A stretch of DNA of 64,000 bases from IMG/VR virus record IMGVR_UViG_3300017917_001616, positions 10,983 through 74,982 of that record; one strand, written 5' to 3'. Position 1 is the first letter of the stretch. Every line of letters starts with the position of its first letter. Below, piece after piece: positions 34,897 through 45,358 of this stretch. The notes under the pieces were generated by a model. The model was not told the DNA's origin. It saw only the letters and a list, made by a program, of their open reading frames with translations, and searched no databases. This DNA is from a virus. Both the position numbers and the translations under genes were made by a program.

Positions 34897-35913
34897 ATGT
34901 TAGCCTTAGAATTTATTCGACAGCAAATACCACACGGCTGGCGGCAAACGCCTAGCGGTTGGATCAGTGGAAACTGTCCAATGTGTGCTACTCGTGGTCA
35001 TCGCCCCGACACTCGTCGGCGTGGCGGTATCATGTTTGTTGACGACAAGTTCCAATACAATTGCTTTAACTGCAGTTATAAAACAGGTTGGAGTCCAGGT
35101 AAGCGTATCAATGATAGATTGAAAGACTTACTTGTGCAGTTTGGAACTGATCCTGCACAAATCCAACGAGTCAATTTCGAACTTCTTAAAGAAGCCGACG
35201 CTGAAAATATTGCTAAACAGTTTCTTCCTGTCGCTACAGTTGAAGAAGTAAAGGTATATTGGAAAGAATACGAACTACCTCCTCATTCGAAGTTGCTGCA
35301 AGAAGTAGATACAACAGAACTCACTGACGAACAATTAGAAAAGTTCATCGTTGCATGTGAATATGTTGCAAGTCGTAGTTTAGACTTTTACGATAAATGG
35401 CATTGGTCCCCGCATAGTCATTTTGTAAATCGGGTCATCTTGCCCTTTTATCATAATGACATGGTAGTCGGTTATACTGCTCGGTGGACGTTACCTGACC
35501 GCTCGGCAGAAATGCCTAAGTATTATTTGCAAAGTCCAAAAAACTTTGTGTATAACTTAGATGCACAAGGTGATCATGAATATGTTATTGTTACTGAAGG
35601 TCAGCTAGACGCACTGCTAGTTGGTGGCGTTGCACTGAATGGTAATACTCCAAATCCGACACAATGTAGCATTATTGACCAGTTAAACAAAAAAGTTATT
35701 TTGTTGCCGGATTTTGACAAGCCAGGGCTCGAAACAGTTAAGATTGCAATTAAGAGAAACTGGTCAGTTAGTTTCCCTCCATGGGAGAACTGCAAGGACG
35801 CAGGCGATGCGGTTGCTAAATATGGCAGACTGTTCACTGTGCGTAGTATCTTAGATAGTGCTGAGACTAGCAGCACAAAGATTCAGATTTTAGCAAAGCA
35901 ATATTGTAGATGA
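34897..35913 (+). CDS. DNA primase
   Basis: Zn finger CPMC..YNCFNC, TOPRIM TEGQLD, PDFD, KDAGD. Confidence 0.9.
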   Translation: MLALEFIRQQIPHGWRQTPSGWISGNCPMCATRGHRPDTRRRGGIMFVDDKFQYNCFNCSYKTGWSPGKRINDRLKDLLVQFGTDPAQIQRVNFELLKEADAENIAKQFLPVATVEEVKVYWKEYELPPHSKLLQEVDTTELTDEQLEKFIVACEYVASRSLDFYDKWHWSPHSHFVNRVILPFYHNDMVVGYTARWTLPDRSAEMPKYYLQSPKNFVYNLDAQGDHEYVIVTEGQLDALLVGGVALNGNTPNPTQCSIIDQLNKKVILLPDFDKPGLETVKIAIKRNWSVSFPPWENCKDAGDAVAKYGRLFTVRSILDSAETSSTKIQILAKQYCR

Positions 35914-36116
35914 AATATGTGGGTGTTATGGGAATACATTGGGCAGGAGATAAACGATTTGCGTGGCGACCAATAAAGCTAGATTCGAACAAATATGTTT
36001 GGTTGACACATTATTATGTAGTTGTTACATTTACAGGGTTAACTAATTATTACGAAATATTAGATTGTGAAAAGTTGTCAGTAGACGAATACATTGTTAG
36101 GAAGTTGTCGAGATGA
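35910..36116 (+). CDS. Hypothetical protein
   Basis: Coupled between primase and helicase. Confidence 0.55.
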   Translation: MKYVGVMGIHWAGDKRFAWRPIKLDSNKYVWLTHYYVVVTFTGLTNYYEILDCEKLSVDEYIVRKLSR

Positions 36117-37510
36117 GTGAAGAATATACAGATGAATTACAAAAATTATATATTGAGTTCTTGTTAGCCGAGAAGGATCTGTATGTTCGGTGTAATGCGA
36201 TCACGAACCCAAAATACTTTTCTAGGAAGTTTCAACCTACTATTACGTTTATTGACGAGCATGTTAGAAAATATAACGACTTGCCTACACTTGAACAAAT
36301 CAAAGCAAAAACACAACAGCAGTTCGACGACATCACTGGTAAAGTAACAGATGACCACAAAAAGTGGTTTATGGACGAATACGAAAAGTTTTGTCGACAT
36401 AAGGCACTTGAAAACGCAATTTTACAAAGTGCTGATAAACTCGAGAAACACGAATACGGTGCAGTTGAACAATTAATCAAAGATGCAGTAGGCATTGGTC
36501 TTGCTAAAAACTTTGGTCTTAACTACTGGGATGACCCTGCAGGACGTATTCAAAAGATTAAAGACAATAGAGGTCAAAACAGCACTGGCTGGGCAAGCCT
36601 TGATAAAATTTTGTATGGTGGATTTAACCCGGGCGAATTAAATATTTTCGCAGGTGGTTCTGGATCCGGTAAATCGTTGTTCATGCAAAACATGGCATTG
36701 AACTGGGCGCTACAAGGTAAGAACGTTGTTTACGTAAGTTTAGAACTTAGCGAAGAACTATGCTCTATGCGTCTTGATGCTATGCTTACAAACATGAGCA
36801 CCGTCAATGTTATGCGTAATCCAGAAGATGTAGAACTTAAAGTTAAGATAGCATCTAAAAAAGCAGGCATATTACAGATCATTCAAATGCCTAACGGTTC
36901 TACTGTCAACGACATTAGAGCTTATATTAAAGAGTATCAGATACAAAAGCGTATCAAAGTCGATGCGCTGTTCGTTGACTACCTGGACCTTATGATGCCA
37001 GTTAGTGTAAAAGTAAATCCTAGCGATCAGTTTATTAAAGACAAGTATGTATCGGAAGAGTTACGTAACTTGGCAATTGAATTGCATATCTTGTTTGTTA
37101 CGGCATCGCAGTTAAACCGTAGCGCAGTTGATGAAATTGAGTTTGACCATAGCCACATTGCAGGTGGTATTTCTAAGATCAATACAGCAGATAACTTGAT
37201 TGGTATTTTTAGTAGCCGTGCAATGCGTGAGCGTGGTCGTGTTCAAATTCAGTTTATGAAAACACGTAGTAGCAGTGGTGTGGGCACCAAGCTGGACTTA
37301 GGTTACAACATGGAAACGTTGCGTATTACTGATTTGGATGAAGATGAACAAGACAGCAGTGAAAACCAAGTAACTAGCATTTATCAAAAGCTAAAAACAA
37401 AAAGCTCTATTACACCAGGAGAGCAAGCTGCACAGCCAGCAGCGCCTGTAATGACACATTCTAATGTTAATACAGATAAACTAAAAAGTTTACTTAAACG
37501 AAGAGAGTAA
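36113..37510 (+). CDS. Replicative DnaB/gp41-like helicase
   Basis: GGSGSGKS, SLELSE, VDYLDL, TASQLNR. Confidence 0.93.
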   Translation: MSEEYTDELQKLYIEFLLAEKDLYVRCNAITNPKYFSRKFQPTITFIDEHVRKYNDLPTLEQIKAKTQQQFDDITGKVTDDHKKWFMDEYEKFCRHKALENAILQSADKLEKHEYGAVEQLIKDAVGIGLAKNFGLNYWDDPAGRIQKIKDNRGQNSTGWASLDKILYGGFNPGELNIFAGGSGSGKSLFMQNMALNWALQGKNVVYVSLELSEELCSMRLDAMLTNMSTVNVMRNPEDVELKVKIASKKAGILQIIQMPNGSTVNDIRAYIKEYQIQKRIKVDALFVDYLDLMMPVSVKVNPSDQFIKDKYVSEELRNLAIELHILFVTASQLNRSAVDEIEFDHSHIAGGISKINTADNLIGIFSSRAMRERGRVQIQFMKTRSSSGVGTKLDLGYNMETLRITDLDEDEQDSSENQVTSIYQKLKTKSSITPGEQAAQPAAPVMTHSNVNTDKLKSLLKRRE

Positions 37511-37773
37511 GTGCTGAAGCAAAGATGTTGTTGACCTTATCTTTATCTATATATGATTCTGAACGACGAGCAGAGCCAAACGGAGTCAATAAGTATGAGC
37601 CTGTGTGTGCCAAATCGTAAGCCTGTATTTTGCTCGCCTGTCATTGATGTTCTAGTTCTTATAAGCAATGAATCTGTTGTCCAGGTATCAGGTTGTCCGT
37701 AACTGCCATAAGTGCTGATCATCAATGCTTCAGCTAAAAATATTTACCAGCTAAACCGCTAAATAGTGTTATA

Positions 37774-38046
37774 ATGAAGAAAAATACGAGATCTATTTTA
37801 GAAGAAATCAATGCAATGTCTCCCAAAAGAGACAAAAAGCAAATTGTTGAATCTAATGCACAGCAAGTTATCATTACTGCGATTAATCTTATAAAGTTGA
37901 TTAATGAAAGTTTTGATCCAGAAGTTGCAGAAGATTTAAACAAGCGTTTGCTAGCTAGTATTCGACTACAGGATCCGAAAAAATTTAGTAGAGGAATAGC
38001 AAAAATTGAAGATAAGAGACATCCTAAGTGGGACAAAGAAGCGTAG
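37774..38046 (+). CDS. Hypothetical late protein
   Basis: TAAATA upstream. Confidence 0.65.
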   Translation: MKKNTRSILEEINAMSPKRDKKQIVESNAQQVIITAINLIKLINESFDPEVAEDLNKRLLASIRLQDPKKFSRGIAKIEDKRHPKWDKEA

Positions 38047-38767
38047 GGCAGGACGTGGCCCACGTGTTAAGCGTCTACTTCAACACGATTTGATAATTAA
38101 AGAAGGCGGCAACGTCTTCTCAGATGCACAGCCTTTTGCACACGAAATGATTCCTACTATTGTTGCAACAGTTAATAAAGTGCTGGCGCAAACAGGAGCA
38201 AAAGCTATTCCGATTGGCAGTGGTGCTACACCAACGCCTGGTAAAGTTAGCGGCGACTTAGATTTAATCGTCGATCAAGATACACTAGCCCGTGAATTCA
38301 AATTAGAAGATCCAAAATTAATAAGAAAAAAATTACGTCAAGTATTTGACCTTGCAGGTTTGCAAACAGGTCAAAGCGGTGTTAGTGTTCATGTTAGAGT
38401 GCCAATGGAAGATCACTCGCATCAAGTTGACATTATGGTTGTTCCTAATGCAGAAGATGTTTCTAAATTCCATACACATGCTATTCCCCAAGGTAGTCCT
38501 TTTAAAGGTGTTAATAAACATATTGCAATGTCATACCTTGCAAAACAAAAAGGCTTAAAGTGGAGCGGTTTTAAAGGTTTACTAAAGCGTGACGACGACA
38601 GTATGGTATCAAAAGATGTTAACGATGTTGCTAAAATATTATTAGGACCGTCTGCGTCGGCTGCAGATTTAGGTAGCGTCGAAGCAATTATGAATGCGTT
38701 GCCAGATAAAGGACAACAAATGCTAGCGGATTTGAGAGCAGATCCGAACTGGAAGGAAATAGCGTAA
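38006..38767 (+). CDS. Putative Pol-beta-type nucleotidyltransferase
   Basis: GSG...SGDLDL and QVDIM motifs. Confidence 0.55.
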   Translation: MKIRDILSGTKKRRAGRGPRVKRLLQHDLIIKEGGNVFSDAQPFAHEMIPTIVATVNKVLAQTGAKAIPIGSGATPTPGKVSGDLDLIVDQDTLAREFKLEDPKLIRKKLRQVFDLAGLQTGQSGVSVHVRVPMEDHSHQVDIMVVPNAEDVSKFHTHAIPQGSPFKGVNKHIAMSYLAKQKGLKWSGFKGLLKRDDDSMVSKDVNDVAKILLGPSASAADLGSVEAIMNALPDKGQQMLADLRADPNWKEIA

Positions 38768-39949
38768 ATGAAAGCCAATGAGTTTTTAGCAGAAGCATGG
38801 AGCGAAAAATACAAGCGTAGTATTAATTGCAACAACCCGAAAGGATTTTCGCAAAAAGCTCATTGCGCTGGCCGTAAAAAAAATGAAAGTGTAACCGAAG
38901 CAACAAAGGTCGGCCGTGAATGGCAACACTTGGAAGACCTAGTATTTGTTGATGGAAGTCAAGGCGCATTGCAAGCTGCAAAAATATTGCAAGATATGGG
39001 TAGCGGGGCTACCGCACTCAACATCAAGTGGGACGGTAGAATTGCAGTTTATTGGGGTCGTGAACCAGACGGCACATTTGTATTAGTCGGAAAAAATGGA
39101 TGGGGTAAAGACAAATACACATCTCCCGAAGAAATGCAAACCGCTATAACAACTGCAGGAAAAGGCGAAGAATGGCGGCAAAAGCTAGGTGCAGACATGG
39201 CACAAGTATTTGCTATCATGGAGCGTAACACACCTGCTAATTTTAAAGGGTATGCGTTCGGCGACTTGCTATGGTATCCCGGAGAACCGTTTGCTGTAAC
39301 TAAACAAGGCATTTCATTTACCCCAAACAAAGTTACATATACCGTCAATCCTCAAAGTGAATTAGGTAAGCGTGTTGCAAATAGTAGTGTAGGAATCGCT
39401 GCACATTTATACTATAAAAATTTCGGCGATGCAGAAGGCTCGCCTTTAACTGATGTAACAGCATTAAACTCTGCAGACGCTGTTGTGTTAAATTCTAGAA
39501 TCACTTCATACAAAACAAAAATAGATACAAGTGCAGTTAACGAGATTGTATCCCTAGCTAAAGCACATGCAAATGAAATCGACGACTTGTTAGCACCACA
39601 GCCTGGGTTAAGTGATATGAAAAATATCATATACACTTATGTTAATCAAATGAGCAGAGCAGGACGCTTAAATGAACTTGCGACCGGATTTACAGACTGG
39701 CTTAAAACTAGCAAAGTAAGTCCGCAAAAGCAAGCTAAAATTCTTGCAATGCCACAAAGCAAGTCTATACCTTTGCTCTTTGAACTAGTGTTAAAAGTGC
39801 AAAGTGTTAAAAACGATATTATTGACCAATTGGATCAGCAAACAGCAGATATAACTGCTACTACTGACGGACAACCAGGCGGCGAAGGTTACGCAGCAAA
39901 CATAGAAAAAGTTAAACTGGTGCCACGTCACCGCTGGACCCCAAGCTAA
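38768..39949 (+). CDS. Ligase-like (KWDG) protein, DUF6267-type
   Basis: HLED, KWDG, GDLL, GEGY motifs; small Cys module at N-terminus. Confidence 0.55.
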   Translation: MKANEFLAEAWSEKYKRSINCNNPKGFSQKAHCAGRKKNESVTEATKVGREWQHLEDLVFVDGSQGALQAAKILQDMGSGATALNIKWDGRIAVYWGREPDGTFVLVGKNGWGKDKYTSPEEMQTAITTAGKGEEWRQKLGADMAQVFAIMERNTPANFKGYAFGDLLWYPGEPFAVTKQGISFTPNKVTYTVNPQSELGKRVANSSVGIAAHLYYKNFGDAEGSPLTDVTALNSADAVVLNSRITSYKTKIDTSAVNEIVSLAKAHANEIDDLLAPQPGLSDMKNIIYTYVNQMSRAGRLNELATGFTDWLKTSKVSPQKQAKILAMPQSKSIPLLFELVLKVQSVKNDIIDQLDQQTADITATTDGQPGGEGYAANIEKVKLVPRHRWTPS

Positions 39950-39962
39950 GGTAAATATCGAT

Positions 39963-40682
39963 ATGGAACAACGATACACAGCAAATGAATATGCACAATT
40001 AGCAGGCGGACACACTGTAGAAGAAACTAAACCTTCACTACAACTAAGTATCATTTCGGATTTAAATGAAAGCACTATGTTCAGATCAAAGCAACAAGTG
40101 CAAACAACAGACGCAAGATTTATGATTGATTTTGCGTTTATCAATCTGTTAACAATCGAGTTATTATTCAACGAAGGCGAAACTAATTCATCTGCACAGT
40201 CGTATGCAGCTAAGACAATACAGTATCAAAACTTTAATAGTTACCAACAATCAGGAACAGATTTGTATATTGCATTGAATAGTATTTTGACAAAAAAATT
40301 AGTAGGTGACCGTCTTGTTGCTAGCAAAATAAACAAACTAGCTGTTCCGTATAGTAAAATTAAAGATTACTTAATAAAGTTAAGCAATGGTGTTTCTTAT
40401 CCGGGCGCTAATGCATTTTTCTTTTCGTTAGAGCGTAGTTTCGATATTACTAACTCGAACTATAAAGATTTGAGAAGATTAATTACTAACTGGTCAAATT
40501 TAGACGATAATCAACAAAAGTTAGTAGTAACTCGTTTATTACAGTTTTATAGAACAACTGCAATACGTAGCGAATTATATCAAGTGCTAAATGATTACGC
40601 AAGAGAACAGGATCTAGAATTGAAAAATGTTAAAAACGCAGAACAACCAAGATCATCAGTTTCTCCGTTAAGTAAACTTTAA
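39963..40682 (+). CDS. Hypothetical late protein
   Basis: ORF after taaata. Confidence 0.65.
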   Translation: MEQRYTANEYAQLAGGHTVEETKPSLQLSIISDLNESTMFRSKQQVQTTDARFMIDFAFINLLTIELLFNEGETNSSAQSYAAKTIQYQNFNSYQQSGTDLYIALNSILTKKLVGDRLVASKINKLAVPYSKIKDYLIKLSNGVSYPGANAFFFSLERSFDITNSNYKDLRRLITNWSNLDDNQQKLVVTRLLQFYRTTAIRSELYQVLNDYAREQDLELKNVKNAEQPRSSVSPLSKL

Positions 40683-40710
40683 TAGTTCGTGATATTTTAT
40701 AGGTTACTAG

Positions 40711-41127
40711 TTGACACAGCAATTCACAGCATACACGTTAGTTGATATTACAGAAACAAATGTTTTTAATAGTAAAACTTTAGATACTAAAGGTTACAAT
40801 CAACAACAAAATTTAAACACATTGATACAATTAATAAGTATGCGTAGTCAGCCTATTAATATCCGTGTGACTGCATTACAGACACAAGATTTAGTTAATT
40901 TTAGATTCGGAAAACAATTTTCAGGACTACATAGTGTGTGGAAACTCGACTTTGCATCTGAGCATACGGATGTATACAATCATAATGAAGATGCTGTTTA
41001 TTTTTTAAAAGAAGATAGTGATGGTGCTGCATTTGTATCTAATTTAACTGAAACTGTTAAGTTTAAGCGTGGCACGTTCGAAACTAAAAATAAACATAGT
41101 ATAAACTTATACTTTTTAAATTGGTAG
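40711..41127 (+). CDS. Hypothetical protein
   Basis: YTLVDIT.T...QQ.N..TL.Q family. Confidence 0.65.
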   Translation: MTQQFTAYTLVDITETNVFNSKTLDTKGYNQQQNLNTLIQLISMRSQPINIRVTALQTQDLVNFRFGKQFSGLHSVWKLDFASEHTDVYNHNEDAVYFLKEDSDGAAFVSNLTETVKFKRGTFETKNKHSINLYFLNW

Positions 41128-41234
41128 TAAAGTAATAAATATATTAATAAAATTAGGCACAACATTTAGGCACAACATCTAAGGCTCCTATAAACAAATT
41201 AGCTAGAAGCTAATGAAGAAGTAGGCAGTGAACC

Positions 41235-41525
41235 ATGTCTGTTACAATGACAACACAATTAGAGAAAACTAATTTGGAAGCACATGTTGACCTATGCGCT
41301 GAAAGATATCGTGTCTTGGAAGAAAAAGTAAAAAATATTAGTGACCGGTTAGATAACATAGAAGACAAAGTCACTGCCTTACGTGAAGAAGGCATCAAAG
41401 CATTTGCACAAATGCGTGAAGATAACCTTAAGCAAAACCAAACAACTAATAAAATATTGCTAGGCTCTGCAGCAAGCGTTGTTGCAGGCATACTAACAAC
41501 CATCGTTGTTATATTAATGAGCTGA
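41235..41525 (+). CDS. Coiled-coil membrane protein
   Basis: LEAHVDLCAERY, C-terminal TM. Confidence 0.7.
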   Translation: MSVTMTTQLEKTNLEAHVDLCAERYRVLEEKVKNISDRLDNIEDKVTALREEGIKAFAQMREDNLKQNQTTNKILLGSAASVVAGILTTIVVILMS

Positions 41526-41550
41526 GCATGTAACTGTAATAAATAGTTAT

Positions 41551-41838
41551 ATGGATTTAGATGATTTAACACCAAACAAACCAATTGTCGAGGCACAACT
41601 AGTTTGGGCCCGTAAAGGTAAAACATTGGCTAGAAAATACCGCTGTAGCGTTGGACATAGATCCGGAAGACTAGTTAGCAACCCGGGGCAATGCACACAG
41701 CCAGTTGATCTAAAAAAGCAAATTATATTGCGTAGAACTAAAGCAAAAATGGGTGTAAGATTACAAAAGAAAGCAAAGTTTACTAAACGATTTAATCCGG
41801 CAAGCATTGCAGTTCGTAAACTTAATAAGGTGAAATAA
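41551..41838 (+). CDS. Basic hypothetical protein
   Basis: ORF after late promoter. Confidence 0.65.
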   Translation: MDLDDLTPNKPIVEAQLVWARKGKTLARKYRCSVGHRSGRLVSNPGQCTQPVDLKKQIILRRTKAKMGVRLQKKAKFTKRFNPASIAVRKLNKVK

Positions 41839-41839
41839 A

Positions 41840-42115
41840 ATGAAAGTTAGTGATATAGTCGAAGCATACGGATTAAATGATGAACCAAATCGAGGCATTT
41901 CTAGTGCTTCTATTAGACAACAACAATCCGGCGATCCTGCAAATCAGAATAAACGTGCTAATAATGATAACAAAAATGCAAACGACGAAGCTAACATCAA
42001 AGCAGCACACGAATATTATAAAGAAAAGCGTAGACAATACGCACCCACCGGAATTCCTAATAGGTTATTAAATCCACAGCCCGCCGCTGCACCTGCACAA
42101 GGACAGCAAAAATGA
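41840..42115 (+). CDS. Hypothetical late protein
   Basis: ORF in operon. Confidence 0.6.
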   Translation: MKVSDIVEAYGLNDEPNRGISSASIRQQQSGDPANQNKRANNDNKNANDEANIKAAHEYYKEKRRQYAPTGIPNRLLNPQPAAAPAQGQQK

Positions 42116-42339
42116 AAACATTTGTTACAAAGGGCGGATTTCATACATGGATTAATAGTAGAGAAAGCAAGTTTCTCGAAGAACATTTTAACGACAAAGA
42201 GTTACTAGATAAAAAAGACTTAAACGAACGTGATGAGTATATTGCCCAAACACTTGTTAGTAGAGGAGTGTTGGACAAAGTTGTAGACCGTAAGTCGGTT
42301 AATTATAAGTTAAATGTTAATAATCTAAATAGGGAATAA
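42112..42339 (+). CDS. Hypothetical protein
   Basis: Coupled ORF. Confidence 0.6.
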   Translation: MKTFVTKGGFHTWINSRESKFLEEHFNDKELLDKKDLNERDEYIAQTLVSRGVLDKVVDRKSVNYKLNVNNLNRE

Positions 42340-42821
42340 TGAAAGATTTACTTAAAGAGCTAGACAAACTAAGTCACGTGATTGATAAGCAATTGCGTGA
42401 AGCTGTTGATGACTTGGCTAAAGAAGCGTTAAAAGATGTTGAGCTTTCGATAGCTATGACTCAAGTAGTAACCGAAAACAGTATAGAAGTTCAGAATTAC
42501 AGAGTAGATATAGTAGAACACGATTTTGCAGGTCGTAAAAAAAAGTTTTATAATATAATTGATACTGAAATTAATGAAACATTGCAAACAGAACTAGGGT
42601 TATTTGAAACTGCATTAGCAATGGTCAAAGCGTATATGTTAGGTAAGTCTAATACAATTCTAGAATTAGAAAAGCATGATCTAGATTATTGTAATGCGTT
42701 ATATGAAGTATACATGTATAAGAATAAACCATACTTGTCAGAAGACATCAGTTTAGCTAAAATCGATAACGCTACTCGTAAGTTGCAAGAAGCGAAACGG
42801 AAAATTATTAGAAAACTATAA
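42339..42821 (+). CDS. Hypothetical protein
   Basis: Coupled ORF. Confidence 0.65.
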   Translation: MKDLLKELDKLSHVIDKQLREAVDDLAKEALKDVELSIAMTQVVTENSIEVQNYRVDIVEHDFAGRKKKFYNIIDTEINETLQTELGLFETALAMVKAYMLGKSNTILELEKHDLDYCNALYEVYMYKNKPYLSEDISLAKIDNATRKLQEAKRKIIRKL

Positions 42822-42852
42822 ATATACTATAACAGAATCAGGAACCACTATC

Positions 42853-43695
42853 ATGTATTTAAATGACTTAAATTCATCACAGCATAATGTCCAAAAGATT
42901 AATAGTGTTCTTGCAAACACTTTTGGGCATAATGTAAATTTGGAAGAAATGAGCACCGATGCATTGCACCGTATGCTAAGAACTACAAACGCTAAAATGG
43001 AAGCTATTAAAGAGAGCGACCTCAAGTATTGGGAAAATGCACAATACAATAAATTAAACTTAATCGCACACTCATTGAAAACATATATTAGTGAAGTTGC
43101 GCCAGCAAGAAAAGATGGAAAAGCTATGAAAAAGAAAACAATGGAAAGCAGACGAATAATGGAACAAGATTTAGCACAAGCTGAAGTTCTATTAGCAGCA
43201 CAAGAATTGGTAGACAAGCTACAAAAAATGGTCGAAGATGTTGCAGCAATGCAAGTTCAAGAACTAATGCCAATTACTGATGCGATGAAAGAGCAAATTG
43301 GTTTTGATGTAGCTGAACAATACAACAGCGCAGCAGATTCAGCATTGGGATCATTATTAGATCAACTAAAAGCAGCTAAAGAATCACTTGAAAATGCTAC
43401 ACTTCAGGCACAAGGAAAGCCAGTTAATGCACCTGCACCAACTGACATGGGGCCAGCAGCACCTGAAGATATGGACATGGACATGGGCGACGATTTCGAA
43501 GGCGATGATGCTGCCGCAGGCGCAGACAACACTGTCGGCCGTGAATTAAAAGCTGAAAGTGTTATGGACCGTATGGAAAAAGATGCACTTAAAGAGCAAA
43601 GAGTTATCAATGCTAAGAAAAAAGTGTTAGAAGCAGCAAGAGCAGCAGGCTATACAAGACCACAACTAGAAAAACTATTAAAGCAAATCAGATGA
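42853..43695 (+). CDS. Putative prohead core/scaffold-like protein
   Basis: Coiled coil, acidic linker, TATAAATA promoter. Confidence 0.5.
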   Translation: MYLNDLNSSQHNVQKINSVLANTFGHNVNLEEMSTDALHRMLRTTNAKMEAIKESDLKYWENAQYNKLNLIAHSLKTYISEVAPARKDGKAMKKKTMESRRIMEQDLAQAEVLLAAQELVDKLQKMVEDVAAMQVQELMPITDAMKEQIGFDVAEQYNSAADSALGSLLDQLKAAKESLENATLQAQGKPVNAPAPTDMGPAAPEDMDMDMGDDFEGDDAAAGADNTVGRELKAESVMDRMEKDALKEQRVINAKKKVLEAARAAGYTRPQLEKLLKQIR

Positions 43696-44018
43696 GATTT
43701 TCAGATTTAGTTGAATCCACAGTTGAGCAAGATGATATTGCTAACGATCTTGAGGAAATAATCACTCGAGCAAAGGCTCGTGGATACACTAAACTCAATA
43801 CACCATCCGTGTTATCTAAATTACAAACAATGGGCTATAGTGTAGATATTATTAGTTTAAAAAGTTTGTTGAAAGATATAAAAAGTGTAGGCGCAGCATC
43901 TGATACTGAAATCACTCTTGATACAGCGGTTCCTGATTCACCAAACGCTGATAAAGAAAAAGACAAAGATACAGTTAGTAAGTTAGCTAACAAGCAAATT
44001 AAGAAAAGAATGCCATGA
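43692..44018 (+). CDS. Hypothetical late protein
   Basis: Coupled ORF. Confidence 0.6.
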   Translation: MRFSDLVESTVEQDDIANDLEEIITRAKARGYTKLNTPSVLSKLQTMGYSVDIISLKSLLKDIKSVGAASDTEITLDTAVPDSPNADKEKDKDTVSKLANKQIKKRMP

Positions 44019-44629
44019 CATATAGTTTTAATAGTAAACAAGCATTAACAGTAGCAAGGAATGATCTTGTAATATTCCGTGAAATAAACACAATCATGGA
44101 GCAAGTTATATCCGACGCAAGCAATGGTTTATATGAAACTACAATAAGCGACGGAACAACAATGACAGAATCAACTCCTGACATTGTTGTTACTGGCACG
44201 GTATCAAACCCTACTATTACAGTTGGTCAGACTCTTATACTTAATGGCACAACACTTACACTTGGAACTACTGGCACTAGTTTAAAAGCAATCATTGCTG
44301 ATATCAACGGATATTTTCCTGGGGTAGTAGCAAGTGCAAATGCTTCTAATAGACTTGTGCTTACAAAAACTACTACTGCAGGTGCATGGACATTTACTGT
44401 AGGCGCAGGCACTGCAAATACTGCACTTGGGTTAACTGCTACAACACATACTGCAACAAACCCAGACAGCGTATCATATTTCAATGTTTGGAATGGCTCA
44501 ACAACTGATCGTTCAAAAACAGATCAAATGAGCCAAGTTATTGCACATTTTGAAAGTTTAGGGTATAGCATCGAACAACAAACAAATGCATCTACCACTA
44601 ACACATTCAAATGGGTAATTACTTATTGA
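44015..44629 (+). CDS. Putative virion structural protein
   Basis: Thr/Gly/Ala-rich beta content. Confidence 0.55.
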   Translation: MTYSFNSKQALTVARNDLVIFREINTIMEQVISDASNGLYETTISDGTTMTESTPDIVVTGTVSNPTITVGQTLILNGTTLTLGTTGTSLKAIIADINGYFPGVVASANASNRLVLTKTTTAGAWTFTVGAGTANTALGLTATTHTATNPDSVSYFNVWNGSTTDRSKTDQMSQVIAHFESLGYSIEQQTNASTTNTFKWVITY

Positions 44630-44660
44630 CAATATTGTTACAATACTATATTGTCAAAAC

Positions 44661-45335
44661 ATGTTAACAATAACCACACCATATCCATATCAAGAATTAA
44701 AGCGTAAATCGTTAAACGGAAAGCGCCTATATGAGAACCCATGGGGCGAACCTGTTCCTAGTGTCACTACTATTCTCGACAAAACAAAGCCAAAAGAAAA
44801 ACGTGAAGCTTTAAACAATTGGAAACAACGAGTTGGTGAAGAAGAAGCCCAACGTGTGGTTACTGAGGCAGCAAATACAGGAACGTATATGCATGCCATA
44901 TTAGAGCATTGGGTCAAAAACGAAACATATACAGGTGAAGCAACTGTTCAGTCTAAACTCATGGCTGATACAGTAATTAAAAATATTCAGCCGCATATTT
45001 CAGAAGTTTGGGGAAGCGAAGTTAATCTTTGTTATCCTGGACTATACGCAGGGACTACTGACCTTGTTGGAGTGTGGAAAGGCAAGCCTGCTATAATGGA
45101 TTTTAAACAAACCAATAAGCCAAAAAAACGAGAATGGATTGAAGATTATTTTATGCAAGCTGCCGCATATGGAATGGCACATAACGAGCTATACAAAACA
45201 AATATTGAACATGCTGCAATTTTTATGTGCAGTAGAGATTGCGAATGGCAACTGTTCGAAGTAGAGCCCGACGAGTTTAAATTTTGGGAAGAAAAATGGG
45301 CTACTCGAGTTGCTGAGTTTTATAAACTCAACTAA
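44661..45335 (+). CDS. PD-(D/E)XK exonuclease
   Basis: PSVTTIL, GT.MH, AGTTD, IMDFKQ, QAAAY. Confidence 0.85.
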   Translation: MLTITTPYPYQELKRKSLNGKRLYENPWGEPVPSVTTILDKTKPKEKREALNNWKQRVGEEEAQRVVTEAANTGTYMHAILEHWVKNETYTGEATVQSKLMADTVIKNIQPHISEVWGSEVNLCYPGLYAGTTDLVGVWKGKPAIMDFKQTNKPKKREWIEDYFMQAAAYGMAHNELYKTNIEHAAIFMCSRDCEWQLFEVEPDEFKFWEEKWATRVAEFYKLN

Positions 45336-45358
45336 ATATGTTATCGAGGGAATAAAAA

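Noticed and set aside
44661-45335. Cas4 as part of a CRISPR system
   Set aside because: Lacks the four-Cys cluster pattern; typical standalone phage exonuclease.
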